From Blasia pusilla (lineage: Eukaryota), in the NCBI GenBank assembly GCA_050084515.1, contig CM114271.1, positions 8,060,001 to 8,124,000 of the forward strand: a stretch of DNA of 64,000 nt. The letters are read 5' to 3'. The number at the start of each line of letters is the position of its first letter. Position 1 is the stretch's first letter. The notes under the pieces are model-generated. The model made no database searches, was not told where the DNA came from, and saw only the letters and a program-made list of their open reading frames with translations. This document shows, one piece after another, positions 26,401 through 39,716 of the stretch. The position numbers and the translations under genes are program-made.

Positions 26401-29400
26401 CATAATGTGCCAAGACGTTATTATCTCAAGATGTATTCCATAAGATAGTGGACCCACCCATAAGGCTGCAATTGGCTTCGTGATGGTTCAGTAGTCCAAA
26501 GCTCCACACATGGAATGGATCTTTCAACATTCTGAATAACCTTGTAAATTGGCCACTGGATTTTTGACTCAAAGCATTGTGGATTGATATGTTCTCAAAT
26601 ACCTCTTTCAAGTAATGTATTACTGCTATGACATCTGATGGTCAAGTTCTTCCCAAGTTGACTCATAATTTGACCCCTTGTTAGCAATGTCTTGTTCCAA
26701 GTTTGTTGAGAGGACCAAATGGTGTGAGTCAAATGTACCTGAAGTCTGCACTGCTCTGGTTTGTGGCCAGTTTAGTTCAACCTATGTATCCTCCTATTTT
26801 GTACTGCAGGACTGGGACATAGTTTTCCAGAAAGGGCAGGAAAACTGCAATTTATTTGTACTTGGTTCATATTCTTGAATAGTTGTAGGAGAGGGTTCAT
26901 ATTCCCTTCAGAGGGGAATCTAGATTCGATAGCAAGTATCTATTAGCATTTTGATGTGTGGTAGTTATCATCTTTTCCATGCCAAGAGTACAGAGAACAT
27001 GGTGTATTTTATTGTGTTTCATAGTTATGAATCTGTTGCAGTGACAATACCATTAGTAGAGTTGCAATATGAAGAACAAGTGTTCTGTTGGCCATCTTGA
27101 GCCTTCTAATTGTAAGCCACATTGTCTGGATCCCAATAGTTGAGTCTTCTGATGCTATGTATGAGGTGTTTGCTGCTAGATGTCCGGATGTCTGTAGATC
27201 TGGAGTACAACTCATCCCTGAACTACTGCCATTTTTGCAGGTCCTGAAGGTATGTTTATGCTTGGGCGTGCAAAGCAAAGGCAAGAAGGCATAGGCCAGA
27301 GAGACGACAGCAAAAGTGCCCACGAGAGCCATGGTGGGGTCTGCTTAGCCTCTCCCAGAATGATGCATGAAGCTATAGTTGCAAGTTCTGAAAACCTTGA
27401 AAGAAGAGAAAAAGTACAAAGTTCACTTCCAGCGCAATTTAATCTGGGAAGGGGTTCTTGTTTCTCCACAGAATTGGTGACAGGTCTCTTCAACAGGGTA
27501 GGAACTGAAAATTTGTCACAATTTCGCTCTTCACCTGCTTCAATCTTGATCATAAGAGTCATAGCAAGGCAAAATATGGTCACTGGATCTGTAGAGGACT
27601 TCCTGTGTCTGTGTGGACTTACTTCCTCTGCCTCCCAAGCTCAATGATTGTCAGTTTTTTGTTTAAGGAGTCTTGATGTACAAGCAGTTGTTTGTATGTG
27701 AACTGGTGAAGTTGAAAGATATAAATCACCTGTAAGCAGCAAACGTTGTCATGTGTACACCTGTTGCTCTTATACTTGTGTCAAGAGTGTCTATGGTTGA
27801 GTACTGTGATTCATGATCTTGTTCTGGACTGTACTCACTTACCGCCAGGTTATTAAGCACCTTTGTACGGAGTTGATATACTCCAGAAACCAATAAATCT
27901 CTTTCAGGTGTTTGGTCTTTAGTGTTTTTTCTTCAAATCCGGAGCATTCGGTAAATCACATGCAGATGACCACGTTACTTATACCACAAAGCTCCAATCG
28001 CATTCCTTGATATTGAGTTGCTGAACTTAGGCCTCGGAACTCTTGGTCTGCTGTAGATTCCAATAGTGCAAGGAGCTTTTCACTAAGGAAATCACTAAGG
28101 AAGCCAATCAAGTGGAATGTGGGATTGGTGTTTTTAAAGGCTTCTGTGTGTGAAGTCACTGGGTTTGATAGTGTTAGTGACTGGTATGGGTGGAGGAAGA
28201 ACTGAAGAATGGATGACACGAGATGAGGGAGACTCTTATGTAGTTCGAGTTCCCACCCTTGATTTTCCCCAGAGAAAGAATGCCTCAAAAATCACTGGTC
28301 TTTGGGAAGGTGTCTTGAGAATTGGGGGAAACCTTGTATGGTGGCATAAGGCGACTTAAAAGAAAAAGAAAGGAAACTTTGAAGATGGTTAGTGTTTTTC
28401 CTGGTATAAGACTGTTACTCTGTTCTAAGATGCTGATGTAGAAATAGAATCAGAGTATTTCTTAACTTGAAATTTTTTGGCATGTACTCATTTTATTCAA
28501 GTTCCCTCCATCTCTCTTTAAGCATAATTTTCTGTCCCATTTTGGAATTTTCACCTGTAGTGTGATGCATCTCATCTGACTCTTCATATGAAGTCTAGTC
28601 TGACTCAATATTAGGTGGTATACCTTCATGGATATTCCAATGAAATTCGTTCAGGATTGGATTGGTTCAGGTTTCCCCTTGCACTGAATAATCTGGACCT
28701 CCATGAGGGTATCTTCAACCAACAACTCTAACAAATGAAGTTCCATGGCTCTTTTTTGAATAGGGCTTTTGTGGGCATAGCTGTGAGTCCATTTCAGTAG
28801 CTTTTAGCAAATCTGATGCTGGACCAGTAGATTGGTTCAAGTTAAGCAGAATCATAGGGGCCAAGTGGAGAATTCTATGTGCCTTTTGGAGAAAACATTA
28901 ATTGAACTCATACCAAAAGAAACAACTGAAAAAGAACTGAAAATTTTCCTAAGATAGGGTGCTAAAGTCTCATAGTGTGATATCCAACCAAAAGTACAGC
29001 CTAGAGATTTGGCTTGCTCGATAAATGCTCTCTTCCCAGGCTCTCATGTGTGGATCATTTTGCCAGTGTTGAAGATACAGCAAAGCCAGACATATAGCTC
29101 TCAGACTCTCCTTTGATGTGTCTTGGTAACAGCTGAACTGAGGTCATCATTCTGACATCTGATAATACCTCATTATAGTAGTATGCTGAGCTGGTAAGGT
29201 CTATCATGGTGATTGGGCCATTTTGTATATTGGCAGGTAGATATCAAATCATACAAATGTAGTAGACAATCTGGGTCCTGTTTGGAATGTTCCACAGCTT
29301 CACAGGGCAAGGAAAAGGTATGGACAGGCTGAGCCTTGAACACTTTCTTCCAGGATCCCGTTTAGAAACAGGACCTTGAGTATTGTTATAGTAGTATGGA

Positions 29401-29919
29401 TACTTAGGTGAACAGAAGATGAGAGGACAAACGAAGGGCTTGACTGACGACAAGTGGTCCAAGGAAGTAGGCATGAGGAGCTATAATAATACTAGTCTTG
29501 ATAATTTATCAACAGAGATACTTGAGCATGACTGTATCCTTTTACTTAGGATGCTGCTTCTGAAAAAGAGTTGAATCTCCCGGTTGTAGCTGAGGACATG
29601 GTGCAAAAGAACTGGAATGTCTGTTCTTCTTCCAAGAATAATTGCAGGAATTGCTCCCCTCTAAAACATTTTGTAGACATATACCATTTTTCCTTGCAGG
29701 AAGCCCCGGTGTCAGTCATAGTTCTATGTAAAGCATAGTTCTAAACAGGACCTATCTGTGTGGTTGAAGGTCTAGAAAGGCATTACAGTGATGTTAACTT
29801 GTGAGATTTGCAGATCTATCATCAGTTGGATGGTTACGTGAGAATTTCCTTTCTGAGCTTTTTGTAATCTAAAACTTTGGCCATAGAGGCTTAAGACTGG
29901 ACTTTTTGTGGATTTTCAG

Positions 29920-30245
29920 GTCCAACTTTACGAGAGGAAATGCCCAGTGATTCAACGGCACGCAAGAAGAGAAAGCGAATCATGAACGGAGATGCGAGTG
30001 ACCTGAAGGGACAACAGTTGGCTGCTGTGTTCAAGAGCAGTGTTAAAGCGATGCAAGCAGCATTGGCTGAGAATACACAAATGCAGATCCAAGCTCACCA
30101 TACAAATATTCAAGCTCAGATTGAGGCTCACAATCTCAATAGTCAGCTGGACCGAAGCCAAAGAAGGGAGCAGGGAGAAAGTCTGGTGGGAGTGCTTGGT
30201 AAACTGGCAGATGCGATTGGTAAAATTGCTGAGAAACTAGTGTGA
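29920..30245 (+). CDS. ASR3: Trihelix transcription factor ASR3-like, last exon (coiled coil); 481 aa if only 3 exons
   Basis: Acceptor TTTTCAG| at 29919. In frame GPTLREEMPSD...QLDRSQRREQGESLVGVLGKLADAIGKIAEKLV*, matching the ASR3/SH4-clade C-terminus. 574+546+326=1446 nt. Confidence 0.88.
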
Positions 30246-31993
30246 GGATGATGCTGACAGGGTGTGGAACTCATTCTCTTGATGACACAATACTAGACTG
30301 AAAGAGCTTCTTCTTTCTCAAGAAGTTGAGAGTTGCACTTGCAAACCTTCCTTGTCATGATTGATTTCAGCTACTTGGTACATGACGAAATCATGCAGTG
30401 CCATCTGTGGATGTGAAAGACCAGACCAGCCATGCACCAAGTCTGAATACTCTACTGGTTAAGCTGGGGAGTCTGGCTTGAGAACCCTTTTTTTAACTGG
30501 TGTTTTGCTCAATAATCTATTTGTAGTTCTGCTAGGACTGGTCTGTTCCGTCCTGTGTGAATACTATGCAGTTGTGTTTGGCAGATCGTCTAGCTGATGC
30601 TTGAAGTGGTGAGTCTAGTCTCACCATAGCAGAGACCTTTTCATTCTTGAAAGCAACAGCAGCAGCGATCAAGTCTGAAACCTGACCGTGAAATTATTTT
30701 CTAGTGTTATGCACTAACTTGTTTGTGTGCAAGATTTCTGAATTGTCGTAATAATTGAGGCTGAATGATAGTTCCATAGGAGTTTTACAAACTAGAACTC
30801 GATGTCTAAATGTGAATTGCCTCACATCATCAGAGGTCAGTAGCATTTGTTATTGCAACTAGTTCAGGTGGTTTTGTTACAGTACCTGAATACAACTCAC
30901 AGACCAGACTAGCTAATGATCTCTACTTCTTAAGCTCTCTCAAGGGTGCTTTTTCTTGGCCACCATGCTTGTAGCAACATGCTTCTTGTCATGAGGTTAA
31001 ATTGTAGCATCACCTCCTTGGACCTGGAAAGGATAGACCCATATGATCAGCCATTCTAGAATGGTAAGTCTGGCTCACTCATGAGGAGTTCAATTGGATC
31101 ATTTGGTTATCGATCTCAAAAATTGTCGTGCATGCCCTTATCCTAAACCACGAGGATTAGAACCTATGACCAACTCATCTGCTTAGATTTGACCTCACCA
31201 GATAAGATAGTCCCCAACTGACACACCACTTCAGTTGGAATGGACAATTCTTGTAGTTAGATTCTTGATAAAGTATTGAATGAAGATATTTGGACTTTGG
31301 TGTTAACGACTTCGAAGGACAAGTCTGGTAGTGATGTTCTTGGACCAAGTCCTGTGTCAACAATTTCTTCTGTCGATTGGAGCCCCTTAGTGTAATGGTG
31401 GATGGAATGGAAGAGTCGGATTGTGTGTTATTGAACAAGCTTTGTGGTGGATTGCATTTGGGGTGGAAAACCTTAGAACATTTAATAGTGAGCATTCCTT
31501 GCATGAGATTCATAGTATGGAACTTTCACTTGGGCTCAAGGCCGGTGATTATATGTGGAGGTTTGGCAAACGACTGATTTTGGATCTGGGGAGAATAATT
31601 AAGCTCCCCAGATTTTCTGTTTACTTAACAAAAAATGAAATTCAAAATTAAATTGAACACAAATCTGGACATCTCAAAACAAGAACTACTATGTCATTGT
31701 TTACATATAATCATCTGTTGCTTGTTTATTAATAGGATTTGATACATAGATGCGTTCAAGTCATAGTTAATGTTATATTCGATATTATCATCTCAATATC
31801 AATCCATTGAATTGAGTTTTGTTGTTACTTGTGGGTTTATACCAATTAAACAACAATTGACATATGCAACCTGTTTGACCAACAACGCGTACATGTCTGT
31901 CTAACAAATTATTAGAAGCTCGATGTTTACCCCATTGTGAACCATCCTTTCTTCTCATTATAAGAGTCAATCCCAACCAAAACTCCTTTCCTA

Positions 31994-34280
31994 TTATTGG
32001 CCATCTACCATCTTCATTCCTTTCCGTATCCCGCTCCGTCGCTTCTCACATTTTTTTCCCCTAGTTGATCTTGTTGAAGGACATGAGTTATCTCTTGTCT
32101 CAAAAGCAACTACACAATCCGAACCAACATCAACCCAACATGTAGTGGAGCCCTCTTCATGTTCCTTTCTCTTACCAATGTTGTAGTACAAAACTTGTTT
32201 CACTCTGGTAAGTTTATCCTTTGACAAGAGTGGATTGCATACTAATTGACTTACTAGAGTAGATTTGTAAAGAATCTTACCCTCACATGTCATGGTTGGA
32301 TCCACTTTTAAAAAACCACTCACATTAGTTAATCTGATACCATAGATGCTAGAATATGTCTCACTTCATGGCCTAAAGTTTTGAGCTCTGTAGATGCATC
32401 AATTTCAAAGTTCTCTACATCATCCATAAGACTTGCATTTTGAATCTCAACTTCAACATTCAAAATCGTCAACGACAACAACCTTGAGCATAGTATTTAT
32501 ATCAGGCCATGTCTCAACTTTTACTTCCCAAGGAAAGGTCCACCACCTCTTTCTCGATGTAGGCAAAAAATTCTTGGAAACACTTGTAACCTTCACAACA
32601 AAACTCTAACTGCATCCAAACCATCCTTAAGAGCATTGACAACTAACTCATTAGAAGATACTAGAGAATAATCTAATAGATTAGGTGCACATTCATTAGT
32701 ACCCAAAGGATGAATCTTTCCCCACACATGGTCTTGCTTCTCGTGGGAGCGGTCGACCTTAAGGCCCTCTGGTCCACACTCTAGGCTTGCAAGACGATTC
32801 AGCCCAACAACACTATCCAACAAACTAGCAGTCATAGCTTCTCTCATGGCCACTCATGCCCTCTACCTTGCTGAAAAATATCTCACAGCAATCAAAGCCC
32901 TACAAATGAAGGGGAACTTGTAAATATGGAAATTTGCTTCTAAACGCAAAAATTAGCAACACAATGAAATGAAAAGACATGTTAACATCATGGAAAGCTT
33001 GAGTAGATATCATGTTCTTCTCTGTGAGAGCTGCAACATTGCCACCAATAGAGTGGTCACCATATGTCAACCAAAGCTTCCACAAACGAAAAAACCACGA
33101 AACTTTTGAGGCTAGAACAACACGGGCCAGAACATCAATGATGCTTTGGGGAAGAGAAAACATCAATGTAATCTGCAACAATCTCCAAGTACAAGTGAGT
33201 CCCTAAAATTCTCATATGACGTACGTCTACATGTTCAAACATGTTCTCCAAACACGATTGGTCTCGCCTTGCAACAATCGGTTGGGGGCCAACCCAATTT
33301 TTTCTATCTTTCCTATTCTCATCATCCCTGTTCAAGCCATGTTCATGAATAGGGTAATGATTATAAACGTTAGTCACATAAGACAATCCTACATGTTGAG
33401 CTCCCAAAAATAGTGGGAAAGAAACTCTATCCATGGGGTTTATCTATTTCTTTCCATTGTGTGGCTGATCTTGATGTCCAAAGCCATACATCACCATTTG
33501 GAAGAATTGAGATAGAGTATTGCCAACCTTCCCACCCAACTCCATACCTAGGATAAGAGCAATATTTTCCTCTGTAATCCTCTAACATCAACTTTCTACG
33601 ACGGGCATCACCATCTCTTCCATGCCCCAAGACATGACCAACAGTAGGTCGAAAATACTAATCCCATATAACTTTACACTGTTCCCAATGCACTCGAACC
33701 CAATCTGCGCTGAACTTATTATAGGTTGCAGTAACACATAGTGCCAATTTGGGCATAGATTCATGTAAAGGATTCACAATGATTACTCTAGCATACTGCC
33801 CCTTTGTGTACTCCCCAAGAGTACTTACAATCGTCTCATAGCCTCATTACCATCCCCAACAGGTACTTCAAGTCCAAACGGTCATTTGTGTTGTTCTATT
33901 GGCCCACAAAAACCAATCAGAGTGTCATATTTGGTCTTCCATCTGACAACACCAACAAAAATGATATTTAGCAATATGATTGTGAATATATAGATTTTGA
34001 ATTCAATTTTAATACATAGTTCAATCATACATATGCTCAATCAAAAAGTGTAGCTTTCCACATTTGCACTCACCATGGCCTTTCTTTGATTCAAGTTTCA
34101 TCTTTAGCAAATATTAGTGGTAGATCTCCCTCAATACCAAGGACTCGCTTTGATTGAGCTAATACTCTAGCCACTTCCTTGAATATTGGAGATCTTAGTC
34201 CATCATGAAAAGGAGGGAGTTTAGCCCTGTCACGTTTGAGGGTCCTAAGGCTTGGCCCAACTACGTTCCTAGTAAAACAA
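31994..34280 (-). pseudogene. P-element-like DDE transposase relic, cut by MULE copy 2 at 34281
   Basis: Frame-shifted motifs GHGRDGDARRRKLML, GHQDQPHNGKK*INPMD (DxxH), DRKNW and GFDCCEIFFSKV appear in the order expected for P/THAP9-type transposases. Confidence 0.5.
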
Positions 34281-36187
34281 TGGGGGCTGGTATTTTGACG
34301 ATAGAGAGGAAGTGAGGAGAGGAAGAGAGGAAGAGAGGAGAGTCTCTCTTTAAGAAAAAAAGGCAGAATCCGCCTCCTCTCTTCAAAACTTTATGACATT
34401 TGTTTATATTTTTTTTGCTTTCGAATGCAAAAAATCTTTAGAAGAGAGTAGCAAGTGGACCAAATTGGGGCATAAACTAACCTTGTTTTTCCAGGCTTGG
34501 AAATAAAAGTAGACATAAGAAGACCACTTCAAACGTGCTTCCATCACTCTCCATGTTAGCCAAATTTTTTGACATTGGTTTGTAAGCCAGCTAGAGAGTA
34601 AGCCAGCCAGAGGGTATATTATTGTTGGAGGACCATGTGGAGAGAATTTTATAAGTACAAACTATTTTCATAACAATGATAGGTGCTAATAAAGACTCGG
34701 ACTATGGTGTCAATAGACTACAGTGCCCTTTAGGGTTTTACTTCTCAATAGATGAGAAGATTATGGGCTCTTGAACTCCCACCCTCATCATGTTGGGTAT
34801 GAAGGGCTCTTGGTGCATCAATGCATGAAAAATCCCATCCAATCAATGCATATCCATCAGATCAGATTCTTTCACAGCAGAACACTTGAAAAATCTGCTC
34901 AAAATACACTCTGACTAGTGGGCGTAGCCGAAGACTTTCACTGATGAAAGATTGGATTTCTTCTCTCTCATGACAGTCTTGGATATTGAGAAAGATGACA
35001 TGTGATTTAGTGAGTTTGGTAGAAAGTGTTGGGTTCCAATATTTCCAACTGACTTTCGTATTCAGTGAAAAGACATTGCAATGTAGACATTTTCAGGAAA
35101 AATGTTGCAGTGAAAAGACATTTTGAGGCAACCTGTTGGTTTCCAACGGTTTGCAACAGTAGAAACGCCTCACTCTAATTTTGGAATTTGATATCTAAAA
35201 TAACATCAAACCATGAGCGGGAAGAGAATTTGGTGCAAAATATCAATTTCCTTTATTTCAAACCGTTTGCAAATCAGTTATTTACCTTTGATTTCCTGAA
35301 CAAGAAAATCTAGTCTATAATCTCTTCAGCCTCGTCATCTACAAAAATGTTCCTAACTCTTGCCGGTTCCTCTACAAGGGACTTTTCTGGGCTATTCAAT
35401 GGCTCCTCTGCACGATTGTAGATTGGAATTGAGAAGGGAGGAGGATCCGAGAGCCTTGTCCCCTTAGGAACGCCATATCGGTCCCATGTGACCTGAGAAA
35501 AGTCCCGACCCTTGCCCTGACAGGTGATTTTGAAGGCTTTGCAAAGGGAAGCCCATCGATAATCAATATTTTCTCCTCCGCTTCAACCAGTACATGCCAA
35601 CTCCAAAATGCTTGAAATCCAAGGCACCTACACTCACTTGTCATCATCTGAGAGCTCCTCCAGAATCACTAATGGCCTTGCCCTCTCGATTTTTTGGATC
35701 ACTCGTAGTGACGATGGCGTCACAACCAATGGCTCTAACATTGGTTTATTAACCCGTGGAGGCAGCTTATTAATGCCTATCAACCTCTCATAATCAGCCT
35801 TTGCCTCGCGGAAAAGTGCAAAGAGGTTGTTCTAAGACTCCAGGCAGAGAATATTACGCCCACTCTGCCAAGTTGCTCTAACACTACTCCCGAAAAGACC
35901 CACCAAATCATCAGGCCTCGAACACAATTCCATCAGGGTCTGCATGAGTGCCGGGGATTTTTCCCTCCCTCAAGGCAATGGCACTCCTTCCTCTAGGAAA
36001 ATTCCCGAGGGTGAATTGTAGAGGCTGTTGAGTGTGAAACCATCGGAGGCAGGATCAACACGATCCTGTATCTCAAAAACGTGGAACTTGTGCTCGGGTC
36101 TGACAAAACAATACACGTAGGAGTATTTGATCTACGAAGGACAAAACCATAGAAATTAGGTAAGAATCGAGGAACAAGTCTTCCATG

Positions 36188-36603
36188 AGCAACCTAACGG
36201 ATTCCGACGGGTTGCAAATGTCAGATGTCACAAATGGAAAGTTTGGTTGCAAAATTGGGCCCATGCAACCCATCAAAATCCGATGGGTTGCCCTCCACCT
36301 CCCAGAATAGGAGTGGATGTGCAACCCGCCGGAATCCGTTAGGTTGCATAGGCCCTGCCAAGGTCCATGGGCAACCCGTTGGAATCCGACAGGTTGCTCG
36401 ACACACCCCAAAATGTGAGTGGTTGTCCAACCCGTCGGACTCCGACGGGTTGCACAACCACTCTCGGGACAATCCACCCCGGGAATTGTCCTATAGGAAG
36501 GAGTGCCACTGCTCCGAGTCCATGTTCAACCCGTTAGAATCGGATGGGTTGCACATAGACCCTAAAATGGACTGTGCAACACATCAGAGTACGACGGATT
36601 GCA
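36188..36603. repeat. Palindrome array in the intron splitting the MTase-like domain (copy 2)
   Basis: About 7 units, e.g. caacccgtcggactccgacgggttgca at ~36428. Confidence 0.9.
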
Positions 36604-38667
36604 GGAAAATTCAAAAAAAAGCAAGAAGATTATGCAGGCATGTTTTTCAGAGTTACCCGGAGTTGGTTTGTAGGCGACCTCACCGGGTAGTTGTTCTTCA
36701 CTGTTTGCCACTTCAACGATCGCTTGACACATTGCAAGTTGAAGAGCTCATCTTTGCTGCCACCAGTCAGAACCAGGAAATATCCCTTATCACTCAGGTA
36801 TGCGTTGGCAAAGGAGACCATCAACGCGATTTGGTCATATGTGAAGGGAATGTTCTAATCCGGGACTGTGTCGCGTGGGTTATCGTCCCATAAACTAAAT
36901 CCCGACGATAGATCTACGATGAGGAGGTCAACTGCAACCTCCTCAAGTACCCCATTGACGGTCCATGGGGCATGGCCGTTTTGGAGAAGCTTTCCTAAGA
37001 TTGTCAGCTTCTCTAGGGCAGGGGTCCTATGCCGAGAACTTCTCCAGTTCTTCCAACATCGAGGTCAGATGCAGCAGGATGGTGATTTTCAAGGCCCCAT
37101 CCTTATGCTTCCCCAAGGATATAGGAGTAAAGATAAAAAATTTGTTCTCTCCCTTGGAGGAACTGGGTGTCTCCCTCTTTCGCTTCTCACGAGTGGGGTG
37201 CCTGCTTGTTGGGGTCTCCATGACCTCGGAATCCGTAGGATTCTGTTTCGAGGCCTCCCGTTGCCGCCCGTCGTGCATGGATGATCCTACCTTGGATGGT
37301 CTTGGCCTCTTCCCCTTGGATTCCAACCCCGCAGTGGACTTGTCTTTTGTTGTTACAGTTTTAGAAAAAATCTCCGCCGCATCAATTGCTTGTGCCTCGA
37401 CATCTCCTTCGAAGTACTCCTCGGTCTTGAAAATGTTTGGGATGTCCTCCTTGCTAGCAATAAGCGCATTATACAAGTCTCGCATTGTTGGATCAGTAAG
37501 TTCTTCAGGGTCATTGGAGTCCAACCAGATTGGATAACTTAATACTTCCCAAGGGCTCATGTCGAGTGCCATCTCCACGTCGCACATGGAGAATCCTTTG
37601 CCATCCGGAGAATCAGCCCATAACTTGAACGTGGCTGTGAACTTCCTCCATGTTCTTGCATTAACACGTGAAGTGAAGAACCTGAACACCATACTATGCG
37701 CAGCTCGATGGCGGGAGGAATCGGGAGCCTGTTTGAGAAGCTCCTTCTTCTTTTTGGCGAAGTCGCATTTCTTCGGGTCGCCAATCTCCTCGTCGACATC
37801 CCCTTGCGGCAAAATCTGGTTCTTGAACATTGTCTTCAACCTAAGGTTCTTCGCCAACTTATCCCGCATGTCATTCAAGCACAATTTGTAGTCCTCTGCC
37901 GATTCAAGGCTAGCCTCCTCCGGAACTGGCTGAATTCTTTGGAGGTCGGCTTGAAGAGACTAAATCATGGATTTTCCTAGCAAGCGTAAGGCATCCTAGA
38001 AGGACCACTCTTGCAACCACTGGGATATTACTGGGTCCAACACCCGCGGGAGATGGTGTGCCAATTTTTTCTCTGCCTCGGTTCCCTCCAGACTGCACTT
38101 CATAAGTCATATCCGCTTGAATTCTAAAATTCTCGAGAGGGAAAACCGGTGAACTCGATCCAAAGACACATTCTCTATCATGCATCCATGGGGATCCTCA
38201 TCCCTCTTTTGCTACCGCTTGATCATGGCCTTCAACTCTTTGTAAAAGTGTGGCCCGAGCTCGAGGTTTAGCACGGCGATGTACCGCTGCATCTTGTTGG
38301 CAAGGTACTTGGTCTCTGCCGATACCGCGGCCTGTATGAAATTTGCTCTCTCAGAAGATGAAACAGTCCCTCTCCACTCCAGCTCCAGTGTCGCGCTGCT
38401 TTTCGTTTCCTTGATTTTCGACCAACAGAGAATTGTAACAGCTGCATCTTGGGAAATGAAGGTGTTGGCCCAAGTCTTCTTTTTGATTTGTGCTCCTTTT
38501 GCGAGCATCTCATCCACCAACTCATGCCCAAGGAATCCTTTGTATTGCGACGGGTGCGTTGTTAGCACCTTCCTCACTCGATCGCTTTCATGGATCCAGT
38601 GATGGGTCACATTTCCTTCCGACACGATGCTACAAGGAACAATGAGAAGTAAGAATATTTCCAACAT

Positions 38668-39716
38668 ACAACCCATCGGTTTTTGATGGGTTGGGAATAG
38701 ATAGCAACAAAAAAATCAAACAACAGATGTGTGAAACCCATCGGAGTCCGACGGGTTGCACCACTAGCTTCCTCGATGCAATCTGTCGGAAACCGACTGG
38801 TTGCATTTGGGTTGTATCGAGTCGAAGGACATATTTTGAAACCCATAAGAGTCCAAAGGGTTTCACAACCTGTCTACACCACGTTCCTCCTTGCAATCCG
38901 TCAGAAACCGACGGGTTGCATCCGGGTTGCGTTTAGCTATTTCCAAATTAAAAGATTACGTCTTTTGCAACCCGTTGGAGTCCAAAGGGTCGCAAAAGAA
39001 GCACCTTTTAGATTCTATAGCTACTCGTTGGAGGTGGAGTCCGACGGGTTTGCTTCTTGTCGGAGTGTGACGGGTTGCTTTTGGTGCAAAATCCTAAGAA
39101 CCTCTATTGAGAAATTTAATCAGCATCCCATCGGAGTCTGACGGGTTGCATATTCTGCTAAGAAGATGTCCCTACTCTTCCAACCTGTTAGAGTCTGACC
39201 GGTTGCAATACTTCAGTGAAGACATCCTGGTTTGATTGGCGATGCAACCCGTTGGAGTCATACGAGTTGCATATTTGGTAGGAAATGTCTTGGTTTGAGT
39301 GGCCTTGCAATCCGTTGGACTGTGACGGGTTGCATACTCTTTAGGGAAGGTCCTGGTTTGCATGGCTTTCCAACCCGTTGGAGATTGACAAGTTGCAAGG
39401 CTACTCAAACCAAGACTCATTCTGTAAAGAATATGCAACCCGCCGGACTTCGACGGGTTTCAAAGCCAATCAAAGCTGCGTTTCTTCCCTGGAGAATATG
39501 CAACCCGTCGGACTCCAATGGGTTGCCAGGCAACTCAAACCAGTTTGTCTTTGCCTCTGGGAAATGAAACTGCAATCTGTCGGAGTCTGACGGATTGCAT
39601 ATTGGGCAGGGAAGTCTTTCTCTTGCAACCCGTCGGATTCCGAAGGGTTGCCGATCTCGTTAACTAGTATCTTTTTTTATTACAAAAGAACCAACCCGTC
39701 GGAGCCCGACGGGTTG
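38668..39716. repeat. Palindrome array in an upstream intron of the MTase-like gene (copy 2)
   Basis: Roughly 17 units at ~55-65 bp spacing, e.g. tgcaacccgtcggattccgaagggttgc at ~39624. Spacers in 39150-39600 are related to each other. Confidence 0.9.

Noticed and set aside
21317-29919. Additional genes or exons in the long intron
   Set aside because: Only short ORFs with no motif I could recognise, and exons 2 and 3 already join in frame. Small exons or old LINE relics cannot be excluded without RNA-seq.
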